This document shows, piece by piece, positions 9,225-18,868 of a DNA stretch of 64,000 nucleotides; within the stretch, counting starts at the first letter, position 1, and every line of letters starts with the position of its first letter. A program made the translations under genes and the position numbers. The DNA comes from Acidimicrobiia bacterium. Its GTDB lineage: Bacteria > Actinomycetota > Acidimicrobiia > IMCC26256 > JAENVU01. Location: assembly GCA_038252255.1 (NCBI GenBank), contig JBBSAM010000005.1, positions 94,040 through 158,039 on the forward strand. Direction: 5' to 3'. A model generated the notes under the pieces. It worked only from the letters and a program-made list of their open reading frames with translations, was not told the origin of the DNA and did not search any database.

Positions 9225-10507
9225 TGGCGCAACCCACGGGCCGTACGGTTCTCGAAGAGCCGGACCCGGGCACCCGGCGCCAGCGGCGCCAGCCGGCCCG
9301 TCCGGCCCGGGCTCACCGGCGCGGCGCTCGGGCGGCCGGCAGCCCTCCCGGTCCCGAGGGCAAGCGACAGGAGCGCCGGCTCGCCGCGGAGCGGCGCACG
9401 TTCTGGCTCGTGATCGTGCCCGCGGTCGCGATCGCGCTGGCGTTGACAGTCGCCGTGGGTGCCGCGATCCGATCGAGTGACGACGGCGGGAATGGTGCCC
9501 GCCGCGGTGCGGGCGCCGGTACCGGGACGCGCGGAACCAACACGCTGCTGCTCTCGCATCGCGGAGCCGACGGCCGGGTGGACCTTCTCGTCCTTACGGG
9601 GACGAACCGCCGGAGCGCGGCGATCCTGCTCCTGCCCACGGCGACCCAGGTCGAGGTCCCCTCCTTGGGGCCGACGGCGCTCGCAGACGTTCCGAACGAC
9701 GGCGGAGAGAGCCTGCTGCAGACGACGGTGGAGAACGTGCTCGGGGTCCGGATCACGAAGACGCTCTCACTCGACGACGCTGGGTTGAGCGCGGCGCTCG
9801 GCAAAGCGGAGCCGATCCCGACGGAGCTGCATCGCGCGGTGGCGTTCGACGAGACCTCGGGCGAGGTGTTCGCCGCCGGCAGCACGCATCTGACGGCTTC
9901 GGACGCGACGCAGCTGCTCGTCCACTCGCAGCCGGGAAGCGAGCTGGATCGGCTCGTCACGGTCCAGGACGTCCTCGATGGTTGGCTCGGCCAGCTCCGC
10001 CACGCCCGGGTGGCTCGGGCGACGGTCCGGGCGGACCCGCAGCTCGCGGCGTTGGTGGCGGTGGCCCGATCGCAGGATCGTCGTACCGACAGCCTCCCGG
10101 TCGAGTCGGTGGCCACCGGTGGCCCCGAACGGTTCGAGCCGCGGCTCAAGGAAGTCGCTCGCTACGTGTCCGGAGCGTTCGCCAACGCCCGGCTCGCCGT
10201 CGGCACGAGCCGGCCGCGGGTCGAGATCCTCAACGGCACCGGCGCCGTCGGGCTGGCCCAGTCGATCGCCGGCCGCATCGTGCCTGCCGGTGGCCAGGTG
10301 ACGCTCACGGGCAACGTGTCGAGCTTCGGGGTCGCGAGCACCCAGGTCGTGTACTACCGGGACTCGGCCCGGGCGGACGCGCAGCGGCTGCTCGGCGCGC
10401 TGGGCTGTGGTGTGCTCAAGAAGGCCGATCGGGCCCTCGGTGTGGTCGACGTGACGATCGTGGCCGGGGCAGACTGCTACGGAACCGGCGACTCGCCCGG
10501 TACCTAG
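9224..10507 (+). CDS. LCP (LytR-CpsA-Psr) family protein with LytR_C domain
   Basis: The ATG overlaps the nadD stop (TGATG). It has one TM helix, an LCP-like core (NTLLLSHRGADGRVDLLVL...) and a LytR C-terminal domain (VEILNGTGAVGLAQ...). The first 200 codons of track ORF 8624 overlap nadD and were rejected. Confidence 0.75.
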   Translation: MAQPTGRTVLEEPDPGTRRQRRQPARPARAHRRGARAAGSPPGPEGKRQERRLAAERRTFWLVIVPAVAIALALTVAVGAAIRSSDDGGNGARRGAGAGTGTRGTNTLLLSHRGADGRVDLLVLTGTNRRSAAILLLPTATQVEVPSLGPTALADVPNDGGESLLQTTVENVLGVRITKTLSLDDAGLSAALGKAEPIPTELHRAVAFDETSGEVFAAGSTHLTASDATQLLVHSQPGSELDRLVTVQDVLDGWLGQLRHARVARATVRADPQLAALVAVARSQDRRTDSLPVESVATGGPERFEPRLKEVARYVSGAFANARLAVGTSRPRVEILNGTGAVGLAQSIAGRIVPAGGQVTLTGNVSSFGVASTQVVYYRDSARADAQRLLGALGCGVLKKADRALGVVDVTIVAGADCYGTGDSPGT

Positions 10508-10544
10508 CTCGGAAGGAAACCACCTGGACGCGAATCGACGGGCC

Positions 10545-10889
10545 GTGATCGCCGCCAGAGCGGCCGCGGACAAGAAGGCCGAAGACACCCTTGCCCTCGA
10601 GGTGGGGGACATCATCGGCATTGCGGAAGTGTTCGTGATCACGAGCGGCACCAACACGCGTCAGGTGCGCACGATCTGTGATGAGGTGGAGCTGGCGCTG
10701 AAGCGCGAGGACGGCACCGCGCCGCGCAGCGTCGAAGGGCTGAGCGATGCGTCCTGGGTCCTGCTCGACTACGGCGACCTGGTCGTGCACGTGTTCCTCT
10801 CGGAGACCCGCGAGTACTACGCGCTGGAACGGCTGTGGACGGACGCCCCCCGCATCGCCTGGGAGCCGAGCTCCTCCGCCGCGCGCTGA
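10545..10889 (+). CDS. rsfS: Ribosome silencing factor RsfS
   Basis: It has AEVFVITSGTNTRQVRTI...DYGDLVVHVF...YYALERLW, the RsfS/iojap signature. Synteny follows nadD. Confidence 0.9.
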   Translation: MIAARAAADKKAEDTLALEVGDIIGIAEVFVITSGTNTRQVRTICDEVELALKREDGTAPRSVEGLSDASWVLLDYGDLVVHVFLSETREYYALERLWTDAPRIAWEPSSSAAR

Positions 10890-10890
10890 T

Positions 10891-10908
10891 CCCGAGATCT
10901 GTCTCGGG
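10891..10908. terminator. Short hairpin CCCGAGA-tctg-TCTCGGG between convergent rsfS and the hisF-like gene
   Basis: It is a perfect 7-bp stem 2 nt after the rsfS stop. There is no clear U-tract. Confidence 0.3.
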
Positions 10909-10949
10909 CGAGCTCCGGACCGCGATCGCCGGGCGCCCGTGAGCGGCCC

Positions 10950-11744
10950 CTAGTCCACCCAGGGACGCATCGGCACGCCCAGCTCACCGAGCGCATCCTT
11001 CAGCTCCCGGACACCCAGGTTCCGATCGAAGCGGGGCGAGTAGAGGATCGAGCTGATGATGGCAGCCGACGCGCCACCAGCTGTGAGGCCGTCGGCAATG
11101 TGCTCCGGCGTCCCCGCGCCACCGGACGCGATGACGGGCAGGTTGACGGCCGCGGCAACCGCACTCGTGATCTCGAGGTCGTAGCCCGACGCGGTGCCGT
11201 CCCGATCGATGCTGTTCACCACGATCTCACCCGCGCCCAGCTCCTCGCCGCGCTGAACCCACTGCAGCGCGTCCATCCCGGTCGCTACTCGCGCGCCGTC
11301 GATGAACACCTCGTATCCACTGGGGATGTCGCGGCTCGGCTCGACCCGCTTCACCTGCGTGCTCAGCACGATGCACTGGCGACCGAACGCTTCCGCGCCC
11401 TGGCGGATGATGTCGGGCTCGCGAACGGCCATCGAGTCGATGCTGATCTTCTCGGCGCCTGCCTTGAGGACCTCGAACATGTCGTCGATCGAGCGGATGC
11501 CCCCGCCGACCGTGAACGGGACGAACACGTGCTCCGCGACGCCGCGCACGGTGTCGAGATCGATCTTGCGCTTCTGGGCGCTGGCCGTGATGTCGTAGAA
11601 GACGATCTCGTCGATCTGATCCTCGTAGAGGAGCTGCGCGAGGTCCGAGGCGGGCGCGACGTCGATGTTGTCCTGGAACTGCCGGGCCTTGGTGACGCGG
11701 CCGTCCACCACGTCGAAGCAGGCGATCAGCCGCTTGGTCAGCAT
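10950..11744 (-). CDS. HisF-like (imidazole glycerol phosphate synthase cyclase-subunit paralogue)
   Basis: It starts at ATG 11744 (MLTKRLIACFDVVDGRV...). It has DITAS, TVGGGIRS and ASGGAG motifs. It is not in a his operon. The upstream 85 codons of the track ORF are Arg/Pro-rich shadow. Confidence 0.85.
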   Translation of the reverse strand: MLTKRLIACFDVVDGRVTKARQFQDNIDVAPASDLAQLLYEDQIDEIVFYDITASAQKRKIDLDTVRGVAEHVFVPFTVGGGIRSIDDMFEVLKAGAEKISIDSMAVREPDIIRQGAEAFGRQCIVLSTQVKRVEPSRDIPSGYEVFIDGARVATGMDALQWVQRGEELGAGEIVVNSIDRDGTASGYDLEITSAVAAAVNLPVIASGGAGTPEHIADGLTAGGASAAIISSILYSPRFDRNLGVRELKDALGELGVPMRPWVD

Positions 11745-12352
11745 TCGGCGCCGTCCCAGGCGGCGAAGCCGCGGAGCAGGCGCAACCCGAGCTCGCCGCT
11801 CTTCTCGGCGTGGAACTGGGTCGCGACGATGTTCTCCCGGGCGACGACGGAGCAGAACTCGACGCCGTACTCCGTCGTGCCGAGCACGTCGTCCTCGTCG
11901 GCCGGCGCCGCGTAGTACGAGTTGACGAAGTAGCAGTGGGTCGGGTCGGGCAGCCCGGCGACGACCGGGTGCTCCCGGCGGAAGCGCACCGCGTTCCAAC
12001 CGATCTGCGGCACCCGGTTTGTATCCGGGAACCGGCGCACCTCGCCTTTCAGCCAGCCGAGCCCGTCGGCGTCGCCCTCGGCGCTGCGTTCGAAGAGCAC
12101 CTGGAGACCGATGCAGATGCCAAGGAAGGGCACCTTGTCGTCGAGCACGCGACCGCGGAGGGGATCGAGCAGGTCCGACTCGGCGAGCGACGCCAGCGTC
12201 GCGCGGGCCGCGCCGACACCCGGGAGGATGAGCCGGTCGACCGGGGCCAGCTCGTCGGGCGCGGTGATGAGCCGCGCGTCGAGGCCCAGGCGCGAAAGTG
12301 CGTACATGACGCTCGGTGCGTTGCCGGCTCGATAGTCGATGACTCCGATCAC
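11738..12352 (-). CDS. HisH-like class-I glutamine amidotransferase
   Basis: The GTG at 12352 gives VIGVIDYRAGN... It has the GICIGLQ (Cys) and QFHAEKS (His/Glu) triad. It overlaps the hisF-like start by 7 nt. The remaining 450 codons of track ORF 11738..13723 are shadow over the next gene. Confidence 0.85.
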   Translation of the reverse strand: MIGVIDYRAGNAPSVMYALSRLGLDARLITAPDELAPVDRLILPGVGAARATLASLAESDLLDPLRGRVLDDKVPFLGICIGLQVLFERSAEGDADGLGWLKGEVRRFPDTNRVPQIGWNAVRFRREHPVVAGLPDPTHCYFVNSYYAAPADEDDVLGTTEYGVEFCSVVARENIVATQFHAEKSGELGLRLLRGFAAWDGAEC

Positions 12353-12420
12353 GGCGGCGAGTCTACGGAGCGCAGGCTGGAATGGGCACGAAGTATGGAA
12401 GCCGGAGCGACCATCGCCGG

Positions 12421-13989
12421 TCAGCGGGGTGTGATCGCGTAGACCTTCGCCCGGCCCTCGGTGTGCAGGAGCTGGAGCGGGTAGTGCGTGTCGGTGACGA
12501 GACACGTCGCGCCGTACCTGGCCGCGATGCGGTTGACCTGCTCGAGTGTGAGCGAGTTGAAGGCGTGCCGCATGTCCTCGAGGCCGCCGTGCCAGCCGCG
12601 ACCGTCGAAGTAGGACGCCCCGCCGACGAGCTGGTCGATGCGCCGCTTCCACTCGCCGAGCCGGTCGTAAGGGATCGCCTGCCAGTTCGCGACCTGAGGA
12701 ACTGCAGCCCGGTCGAAGGCGTCCTGGCGATCCACCGGAAAGATGCAGGTCGTGGTCGGCGGCAGGTTCCGGTGCACCCAGTCGAAGGTCATCGAGACGT
12801 TGTCGGAGGTGGTCCACGCCTGCACGTTGCGGCGGATCAGCCGCGGAGCCGCGAGGAGCGGGGCGGTGGGGAACACCGCGATGACGACGATGACGGCGAA
12901 AGCGAGGTAGCCGCGGCGCCGGGTCCGCCGTCTCCGCCGCCGGCTCGTGGTTTGCACACGCACCGCCTCGATCGCGAGCCGCACGGCTTGGAAGAAGAAC
13001 ACGAGTGGGACGATGAGCGGGAAGGAGCGCAGCGGCATCAGGCGCAGGTAGGCCCAGAAGTGAACCGCCCGCGCGAAGAACGCGAGCACGAACGGGACCG
13101 CGGCCGCGAGCTGGAACGCGGCGAAGAACCGTTGGGTGAGATCCCTGACCGACCGGCGGTACGCCCAGAGGTTGAACGCAAGCATCGCGACGAGCAGCAG
13201 CACGTGGAGCGTGATCTGGCCGAGGGGAAGCGTCGTGCCGCCGAAGAACGGATCGGTGTGGTACGGAATCGCCTGGAGCACCACGAAGCGCTGGACCGCC
13301 AGCGTCGTGCTCCCGAGGGCGGCGAGCGCCCCGACGATCCCGGGGATCGCGAGGATGGCCGCGAGCCAACACCATCGCAGGGTCGTGGCCCGGGTCTCGC
13401 GGAGGGCCAGCAGCGAGAGGCCGACGCCCCATGCTCCCCACATGCCCACCGCGGGATGGAAGCTCACGGTGAGGCCGAGGAGCGCGAGCGCGAGTGGGAT
13501 CCGCTTCGACGTGACGGCGAGCAACGCGCCGAGGAAGCAGACGTACGCCACCGTCTTGGCCTCGAACGTGCCGAGGATCCACTCGCCGCCCATCAGCGCC
13601 TGGTTGCTCACGATCCAGAGGCTCACCGCGGCCGCCGCGGGCCAGGGCTTCAGGCCGAGCCGGTTCCCGATCCGGATCAGCAACAGTCCGAGCACCGGCC
13701 AGAACACGAGACGGCCGATCCAACCGAACGCGGAGATCGAGACCGAGCCGGCGAGAGGTGCGAACAGGTGGTCGAAGAGCCAGTGCTCACCGAACGAGCC
13801 GGAGAAGGTCCAGTCGCCGGCGAGATAGGACGAGTCCGCGACCCGCCGTACGAGCGGGAGGTACAGCTCCTCGCTGAGCCGGGGAACCGGGCCGCCGTAG
13901 AGCAGCAGCGTCACGCCGAGCACGAGGAGGGTCGGGCCCAGGAGCCCCCGAGCGTCGGTCCTGCTTGCCGATTGGCCCCGCTCGATCAA
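12421..13989 (-). CDS. Large polytopic membrane protein (GT-C-like/O-antigen-polymerase-like topology; function unknown)
   Basis: It is 522 aa with about 11-13 hydrophobic segments followed by a C-terminal soluble domain of about 130 aa. Codon bias is good. It is co-oriented with the hisH/hisF-like genes. Confidence 0.7.
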   Translation of the reverse strand: MIERGQSASRTDARGLLGPTLLVLGVTLLLYGGPVPRLSEELYLPLVRRVADSSYLAGDWTFSGSFGEHWLFDHLFAPLAGSVSISAFGWIGRLVFWPVLGLLLIRIGNRLGLKPWPAAAAVSLWIVSNQALMGGEWILGTFEAKTVAYVCFLGALLAVTSKRIPLALALLGLTVSFHPAVGMWGAWGVGLSLLALRETRATTLRWCWLAAILAIPGIVGALAALGSTTLAVQRFVVLQAIPYHTDPFFGGTTLPLGQITLHVLLLVAMLAFNLWAYRRSVRDLTQRFFAAFQLAAAVPFVLAFFARAVHFWAYLRLMPLRSFPLIVPLVFFFQAVRLAIEAVRVQTTSRRRRRRTRRRGYLAFAVIVVIAVFPTAPLLAAPRLIRRNVQAWTTSDNVSMTFDWVHRNLPPTTTCIFPVDRQDAFDRAAVPQVANWQAIPYDRLGEWKRRIDQLVGGASYFDGRGWHGGLEDMRHAFNSLTLEQVNRIAARYGATCLVTDTHYPLQLLHTEGRAKVYAITPR

Positions 13990-14160
13990 TTCGCTCCTCC
14001 GGCTCGGACTTTACGTCCCCGGTGGCGCGAACCGGGACCACCGCGTCACCGCCCGCGCGCTGCGTAGGGGCGCTATCGGCAGGCGCGGGATCGTGACCGC
14101 GACCGGGTACCGGATACGGCATTCCTCGAAGCCGCGCAGGTCGCGTGGCGCGAGCCCCCA

Positions 14161-14238
14161 CGTCAACCGCAACCGTCAACCGCGACCGTCAACCGCGGGC
14201 GTGAACCGCGGTCGTTGACCGCGCTCGTTGACCGATGC
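14161..14238. repeat. Six tandem 13-bp units CGT-NN-ACCGC-NNN (central dinucleotide CA,CA,CA,GA,TG,TG)
   Basis: Units start at 14161, 14174, 14187, 14200, 14213 and 14226, an exact 13-bp period. They lie in the 545-bp spacer between the membrane-protein gene and tRNA-Ala. A (GCGTGC)x3 microsatellite follows at 14301-14318. Confidence 0.9.
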
Positions 14239-14534
14239 GGACGAAGCATCCCTCGGAGCCCAACACCGCGACGGCCCTCGGCCCCGAGCGGGTCGGGCGC
14301 GCGTGCGCGTGCGCGTGCTCACCGAGCGTGCGTCGCCACCGGTCGAACGGTGTGCGCTTTGCGGTGGGGCGCGGTATGCCGCTCCGGACGGGATGGTCAC
14401 CGCTCGGTTCGCGCCCGACGTGGGTTGACGGAGCCCACCGGCCGGATCGACGAGGAAGACCCATCGCCGGCAACGACGCCCGCGAGAGCAACCTATCGAT
14501 CGCCACAATCGATGAAGATCCGCCAATGGATCGG

Positions 14535-14607
<73 letters not shown>

Positions 14608-14754
14608 CGAAGGAGCCTCCAAGGTATCAGCCGTACCCTCGGGCAGCGGTGGCTCGCATACCGAGCGCATGCTCGGAACCCGGAGCTCGGGTAGGACAGC
14701 AGGTCCGCGCAATGACGGCAGCGCCACGCTGGGCTCCGCCTACGCTCGCCGACG

Positions 14755-17628
14755 ATGAGCGCTCCCGATGCAGACATCCCGCAGCACCGCTACGACGCGC
14801 GGCTCGCCAACGAGATCGAGGCGAAGTGGCAGGATCGCTGGCAGACGGAGCACACGTTCTGGGCCCCGAACCCGGCCGGCCTGCTGAGTGAGGGTTTCGA
14901 AGCGGTGGCGGACCGCAAGAAGCTGTTCGCGCTCGACATGTTCCCGTACCCGAGCGGTGCGGGGCTCCATGTCGGCCACCCGCTCGGCTACATCGGCACG
15001 GACGTCTACGCGCGGTTCAAGCGGATGACCGGCCACAACGTCTTGCACGCGATGGGCTACGACGCGTTCGGCCTGCCGGCCGAGCAGTACGCGTTGCAGA
15101 CGGGGCAACATCCGCGCGTCACGACCGAGTCGAACATCGCGACGATGCGTCGCCAGCTGCGCGCGCTCGGGCTCGGGCACGACCCGCGCCGGAGCATCGC
15201 GACGACCGACCCCGCGTACTACCGCTGGACGCAATGGATCTTCTTGCAGCTGTTCGGTTCCTGGTACGACGAAGACCTGGACCGGGCGCGGCCCATCGTC
15301 GAGCTGATCCCCGTCCTCGAAGCCGACCCCGAGAGCAACTGGGCCGCGTTGCCCTCGCGCGAGCGGCGCGAGCTCGTCGACTCGTATCGCCTCGCCTACC
15401 TCGACGATGCGCCGGTCAACTGGTGCCCGGCGTTGGGAACCGTCCTCTCCAACGAGGAGGTCACGCCGGAGGGGCGGAGCGACCGGGGGAACCACCCCGT
15501 CTACCGGCGCCCGCTGAAGCAGTGGATGTTGCGGATCACCGCGTACGCGGACCGGCTGCTCGCGGACCTGGAGCCACTCGACTGGACCGAGTCGATCAAG
15601 ATCATGCAGCGCAACTGGATCGGTCGCAGCGAGGGCGCGGAGGTCGACTTCGCGGTCGAGGGCCACGAAGACACGGTCATCACGGTGTTCACGACGCGCC
15701 CCGACACGCTCTTCGGCGCGACGTACATGGTGCTCGCGCCCGAACACCCGTTGGTCGACGAGATCACCCCGGCGGAGTGGCCGGGAGCGTCGATCGGGGA
15801 AGACATCAACGACATCCCGGCATCCTGGCGCGGGCTCTTCGGCGCGGAGGCCGGCCCGGCCGAAGCGATCCGCCGGTACCGTGAGTTCACCGCGCAGAAG
15901 AGCGAGCTCGACCGCCAGGCCGAGGGCAAGGAGAAGACCGGCGTCTTCACCGGCGCGTTCGCCACGAACCCGGTGAACGACGCGCCGATCCCGATCTTCA
16001 TCGCCGACTACGTGCTCATGGGGTACGGCACCGGGGCGATCATGGCGGTCCCGGCGCAGGACCAGCGCGACTGGGACTTCGCGCAGGAGTTCGATCTCCC
16101 GATCGTTCGTACCGTCGCGCCACCCGAAGGCTGGGAAGGCGAGGCGTTCCTCGGTGACGGGCTGGCGATCAACAGCGATTTCCTAGACGACCTGCCGGTC
16201 GCCGAAGCGAAGCAGGCGATGATCACGTGGCTCGAGGAGCAGGAGGTCGGGGTCGGCACCGTCACCTACAAGCTGCGTGACTGGCTCTTCAGCCGGCAGC
16301 GCTACTGGGGCGAGCCGTTCCCGATCGTCTACGACGAGGACGACCTGCCGGTCTCGCTCCCCGAGTCGATGCTCCCGGTCGAGCTGCCCGAGGTCACCGA
16401 TTTCGAGCCGGAGATCGTCGCCGACGATGTCGAGAGCGTGCCCGCACCGCCGCTCGCCCGAGCCGAGCAGTGGGTGACGGTGGAGCTGGACCTTCCGCAG
16501 CCCGAGTGGGCCGGCGACGCGGGCGGCGGGACGAAGACCTACCGGCGCGAGCTCAACACGATGCCGCAGTGGGCCGGGTCGTGCTGGTACTACCTGCGCT
16601 ACCTGGATCCCACCAACGAGAACGAGTTCGTCTCGCCGGCCGCCGAGCGGTACTGGATGGCGCCGGGGCCGGGTGGGGTGGACCTGTACGTCGGTGGCGT
16701 CGAGCACGCGGTGCTGCACCTGCTGTACGCCCGGTTCTGGCACAAGGTGCTGTTCGACCTCGGTCACGTGTCGACGCCCGAGCCGTTCCAACGCCTGTTC
16801 AACCAGGGCTACATCCTCGCTCCCACCTTCACCGACGCGCGCGGGATGTACGTCGAGGCGAGCGAAGTCGTCGAACGGGACGGGAGGTTCTTCCTCGGCG
16901 ACACGGAGGTGCAACGCGAGCACGGGAAGATGGGCAAGAGCCTGAAGAACGCGGTAGCCCCCGACGACATCTACCGCGACTACGGCGCGGACACGCTGCG
17001 GTTGTACGAGATGTTCATGGGGCCGCTCGACGCGAGCCGGCCGTGGAACACCTCGGACATCATCGGTGTGCACCGCTTCCTGCAACGGCTGTGGCGCAAC
17101 GTCATCGACGAGCAGACGGGCGAGCCGCGCGTCACGGTCGAACCCACCGATGACGAGACCCGGCGGCTGCTGCATCGCACGATCGACGCCGTGCGCACCG
17201 ACATGGACGACCTTTCGTTCAACACCGCGATCGCCCGGTTGTTCGAGCTCAACAACCGGCTCACCCAGGTGGTGGCCGAGACGGGAGACGCGCCCGAGGA
17301 GGTCGTAGTGCTGCTCGTGCTCATGACCGCCCCCTTGGCGCCGCACGCGGCCGAGGAGCTGTGGGAGCGGCTGGGGCACGAGCAGTCGCTCGCCCACGAG
17401 GACTTCCCGACCGCGGACCCGGCGTGGCTCACGGTCGAGACGGTCGAGATCGCGGTGCAGCTCAACGGCAAGGTGCGGGCGCGCCTCACCGTTGCGTCAG
17501 GTCTCGACGAAGCCGCTACCGAAGCCGCGGCGCGCGCTGACGCACGCGTCGCCGAGCTGCTCGACGGGAAGACGGTGCGCAAGGCGATCATCGTCCCCGG
17601 TCGGCTCGTCAACTTCGTCGTCGGCTGA
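14755..17628 (+). CDS. leuS: Leucyl-tRNA synthetase
   Basis: It is 957 aa with a HIGH-type motif ([12 protein letters not shown]) and KMSKS (GKMGKSLKN). Confidence 0.97.
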   Translation: MSAPDADIPQHRYDARLANEIEAKWQDRWQTEHTFWAPNPAGLLSEGFEAVADRKKLFALDMFPYPSGAGLHVGHPLGYIGTDVYARFKRMTGHNVLHAMGYDAFGLPAEQYALQTGQHPRVTTESNIATMRRQLRALGLGHDPRRSIATTDPAYYRWTQWIFLQLFGSWYDEDLDRARPIVELIPVLEADPESNWAALPSRERRELVDSYRLAYLDDAPVNWCPALGTVLSNEEVTPEGRSDRGNHPVYRRPLKQWMLRITAYADRLLADLEPLDWTESIKIMQRNWIGRSEGAEVDFAVEGHEDTVITVFTTRPDTLFGATYMVLAPEHPLVDEITPAEWPGASIGEDINDIPASWRGLFGAEAGPAEAIRRYREFTAQKSELDRQAEGKEKTGVFTGAFATNPVNDAPIPIFIADYVLMGYGTGAIMAVPAQDQRDWDFAQEFDLPIVRTVAPPEGWEGEAFLGDGLAINSDFLDDLPVAEAKQAMITWLEEQEVGVGTVTYKLRDWLFSRQRYWGEPFPIVYDEDDLPVSLPESMLPVELPEVTDFEPEIVADDVESVPAPPLARAEQWVTVELDLPQPEWAGDAGGGTKTYRRELNTMPQWAGSCWYYLRYLDPTNENEFVSPAAERYWMAPGPGGVDLYVGGVEHAVLHLLYARFWHKVLFDLGHVSTPEPFQRLFNQGYILAPTFTDARGMYVEASEVVERDGRFFLGDTEVQREHGKMGKSLKNAVAPDDIYRDYGADTLRLYEMFMGPLDASRPWNTSDIIGVHRFLQRLWRNVIDEQTGEPRVTVEPTDDETRRLLHRTIDAVRTDMDDLSFNTAIARLFELNNRLTQVVAETGDAPEEVVVLLVLMTAPLAPHAAEELWERLGHEQSLAHEDFPTADPAWLTVETVEIAVQLNGKVRARLTVASGLDEAATEAAARADARVAELLDGKTVRKAIIVPGRLVNFVVG

Positions 17629-17637
17629 GTCCGTACC

Positions 17638-17982
17638 GTGCGGGCCCGTCGCCTGTCACCGGAGGCGGAGGCCGCATTCACGCACGTACCGACGATTGAT
17701 CGCGCCCGGGCCCGCGTCGTCGTGGTCCACCGGCTCACTCCCGGCGTGAGCGCGATGACGATCGGCCGCTGGATCTTCGTGCGTCGCGGTCATGAGCTCG
17801 ACGTCGGGCTCATCGCGCACGAGCTCGTGCACGTGGAGCAGTGGCGAGAGCAGCACGCGCTGCCGTTCCTGTTCCGCTATCTCGGTCAGTACCTTCGCTA
17901 CCGCGCTCGGGGGATGCGCCACTGGGCCGCCTACTCGGCCATCTCGTTCGAGCAGGAGGCCCGCGCCCGCAGCGGCGCCTGA
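17638..17982 (+). CDS. Small DUF4157-like protein with HExxH motif
   Basis: It is 114 aa. HELVHVEQW is the motif typical of the DUF4157 putative Zn-metallopeptidase-like domain. The GTG lies 9 nt after the leuS stop. Confidence 0.6.
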   Translation: MRARRLSPEAEAAFTHVPTIDRARARVVVVHRLTPGVSAMTIGRWIFVRRGHELDVGLIAHELVHVEQWREQHALPFLFRYLGQYLRYRARGMRHWAAYSAISFEQEARARSGA

Positions 17983-18139
17983 CCCCGCGTCCATTCCCCG
18001 CGACCCCCTCCCTCGTTTGTGCCATTCCGCTCCCTAGGGGCTCGATGCAGCACAAACGGGGGCGAGCAATGCGCTCTGGTACGGTCCTGGTCTTCCCCCC
18101 GCGCTTCCTCCGGTTGCCCTCACGCGCCCGGAGGTCGCG

Positions 18140-18868
18140 ATGCACGAGTCTTCTCCCACGGATCTACCGCCTGATCCGCGGCGTCTCGAGCTCCCGCGGC
18201 CGGTGCCGGCGCGCGGGCTCGAACGGCTACGCGAGCACTGGGACGACCCGCGGGTGCGGATCGGCGCGCTCCTCGTCGCCGCGCTGATCACCGGGCTCGT
18301 CTGGTACCAGCTCGGTGCCCACCAGAGTGCCGGGGGTGCGCCGCCCGCGCCGGCCGCGGCATCCACCTCGGATACTGCTTCCACCACCTCCACGCTCGCG
18401 GGCCCGCCGGCGTCGTCACGGCCGACGGGTGTCCTGCTGGTCCACGTTGCCGGCGCCGTCGCGCGACCGGGCGTGGTGCGCGTCTCGGCGGGCGACCGCG
18501 TCGTCGACGCGATCGATGCGGCCGGCGGCGGTCTGCCGGACGCGGACCTCGATCGGCTGAACCTCGCGGCCAAGGTCACGGACGGCGAAAGGGTCGCGGT
18601 GGCCAAGATCGGCGCGCCGGCCCCGATCGAAACCGGTGTGACGGGTGCCGGCGCGGGGGGAGATGGCGCCGCTGCCGGCCCGATCAACCTCAACTCCGCC
18701 ACCGCCGCGCAGCTCGAGGAGCTCCCGGGCATCGGTCCGAGCCTGGCCGCCGCGATCATCACCGAGCGGGACAAGCGGGGCGGCTTCAAGGCGGTCGCGG
18801 AGCTGCAGGATGTCCGGGGAATCGGGGAGCTCCGGTATGCCGACATCAAGGACCTGGTCTCGGTATGA
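18140..18868 (+). CDS. comEA: ComEA (helix-hairpin-helix DNA receptor)
   Basis: It has a C-terminal tandem HhH (INLNSATAAQLEELPGIGPSLAAAII...VRGIGE) and a SLBB-like middle region. Confidence 0.88.
   Translation: MHESSPTDLPPDPRRLELPRPVPARGLERLREHWDDPRVRIGALLVAALITGLVWYQLGAHQSAGGAPPAPAAASTSDTASTTSTLAGPPASSRPTGVLLVHVAGAVARPGVVRVSAGDRVVDAIDAAGGGLPDADLDRLNLAAKVTDGERVAVAKIGAPAPIETGVTGAGAGGDGAAAGPINLNSATAAQLEELPGIGPSLAAAIITERDKRGGFKAVAELQDVRGIGELRYADIKDLVSV

Noticed and set aside
12353-13723. The N-terminal 457 codons of the 661-aa track ORF 11738..13723, which would extend the HisH-like protein.
   Set aside because: This part is Arg/Pro-rich and overlaps the well-behaved 522-aa membrane-protein gene in another frame. 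HisH homology begins only at the GTG at 12352.
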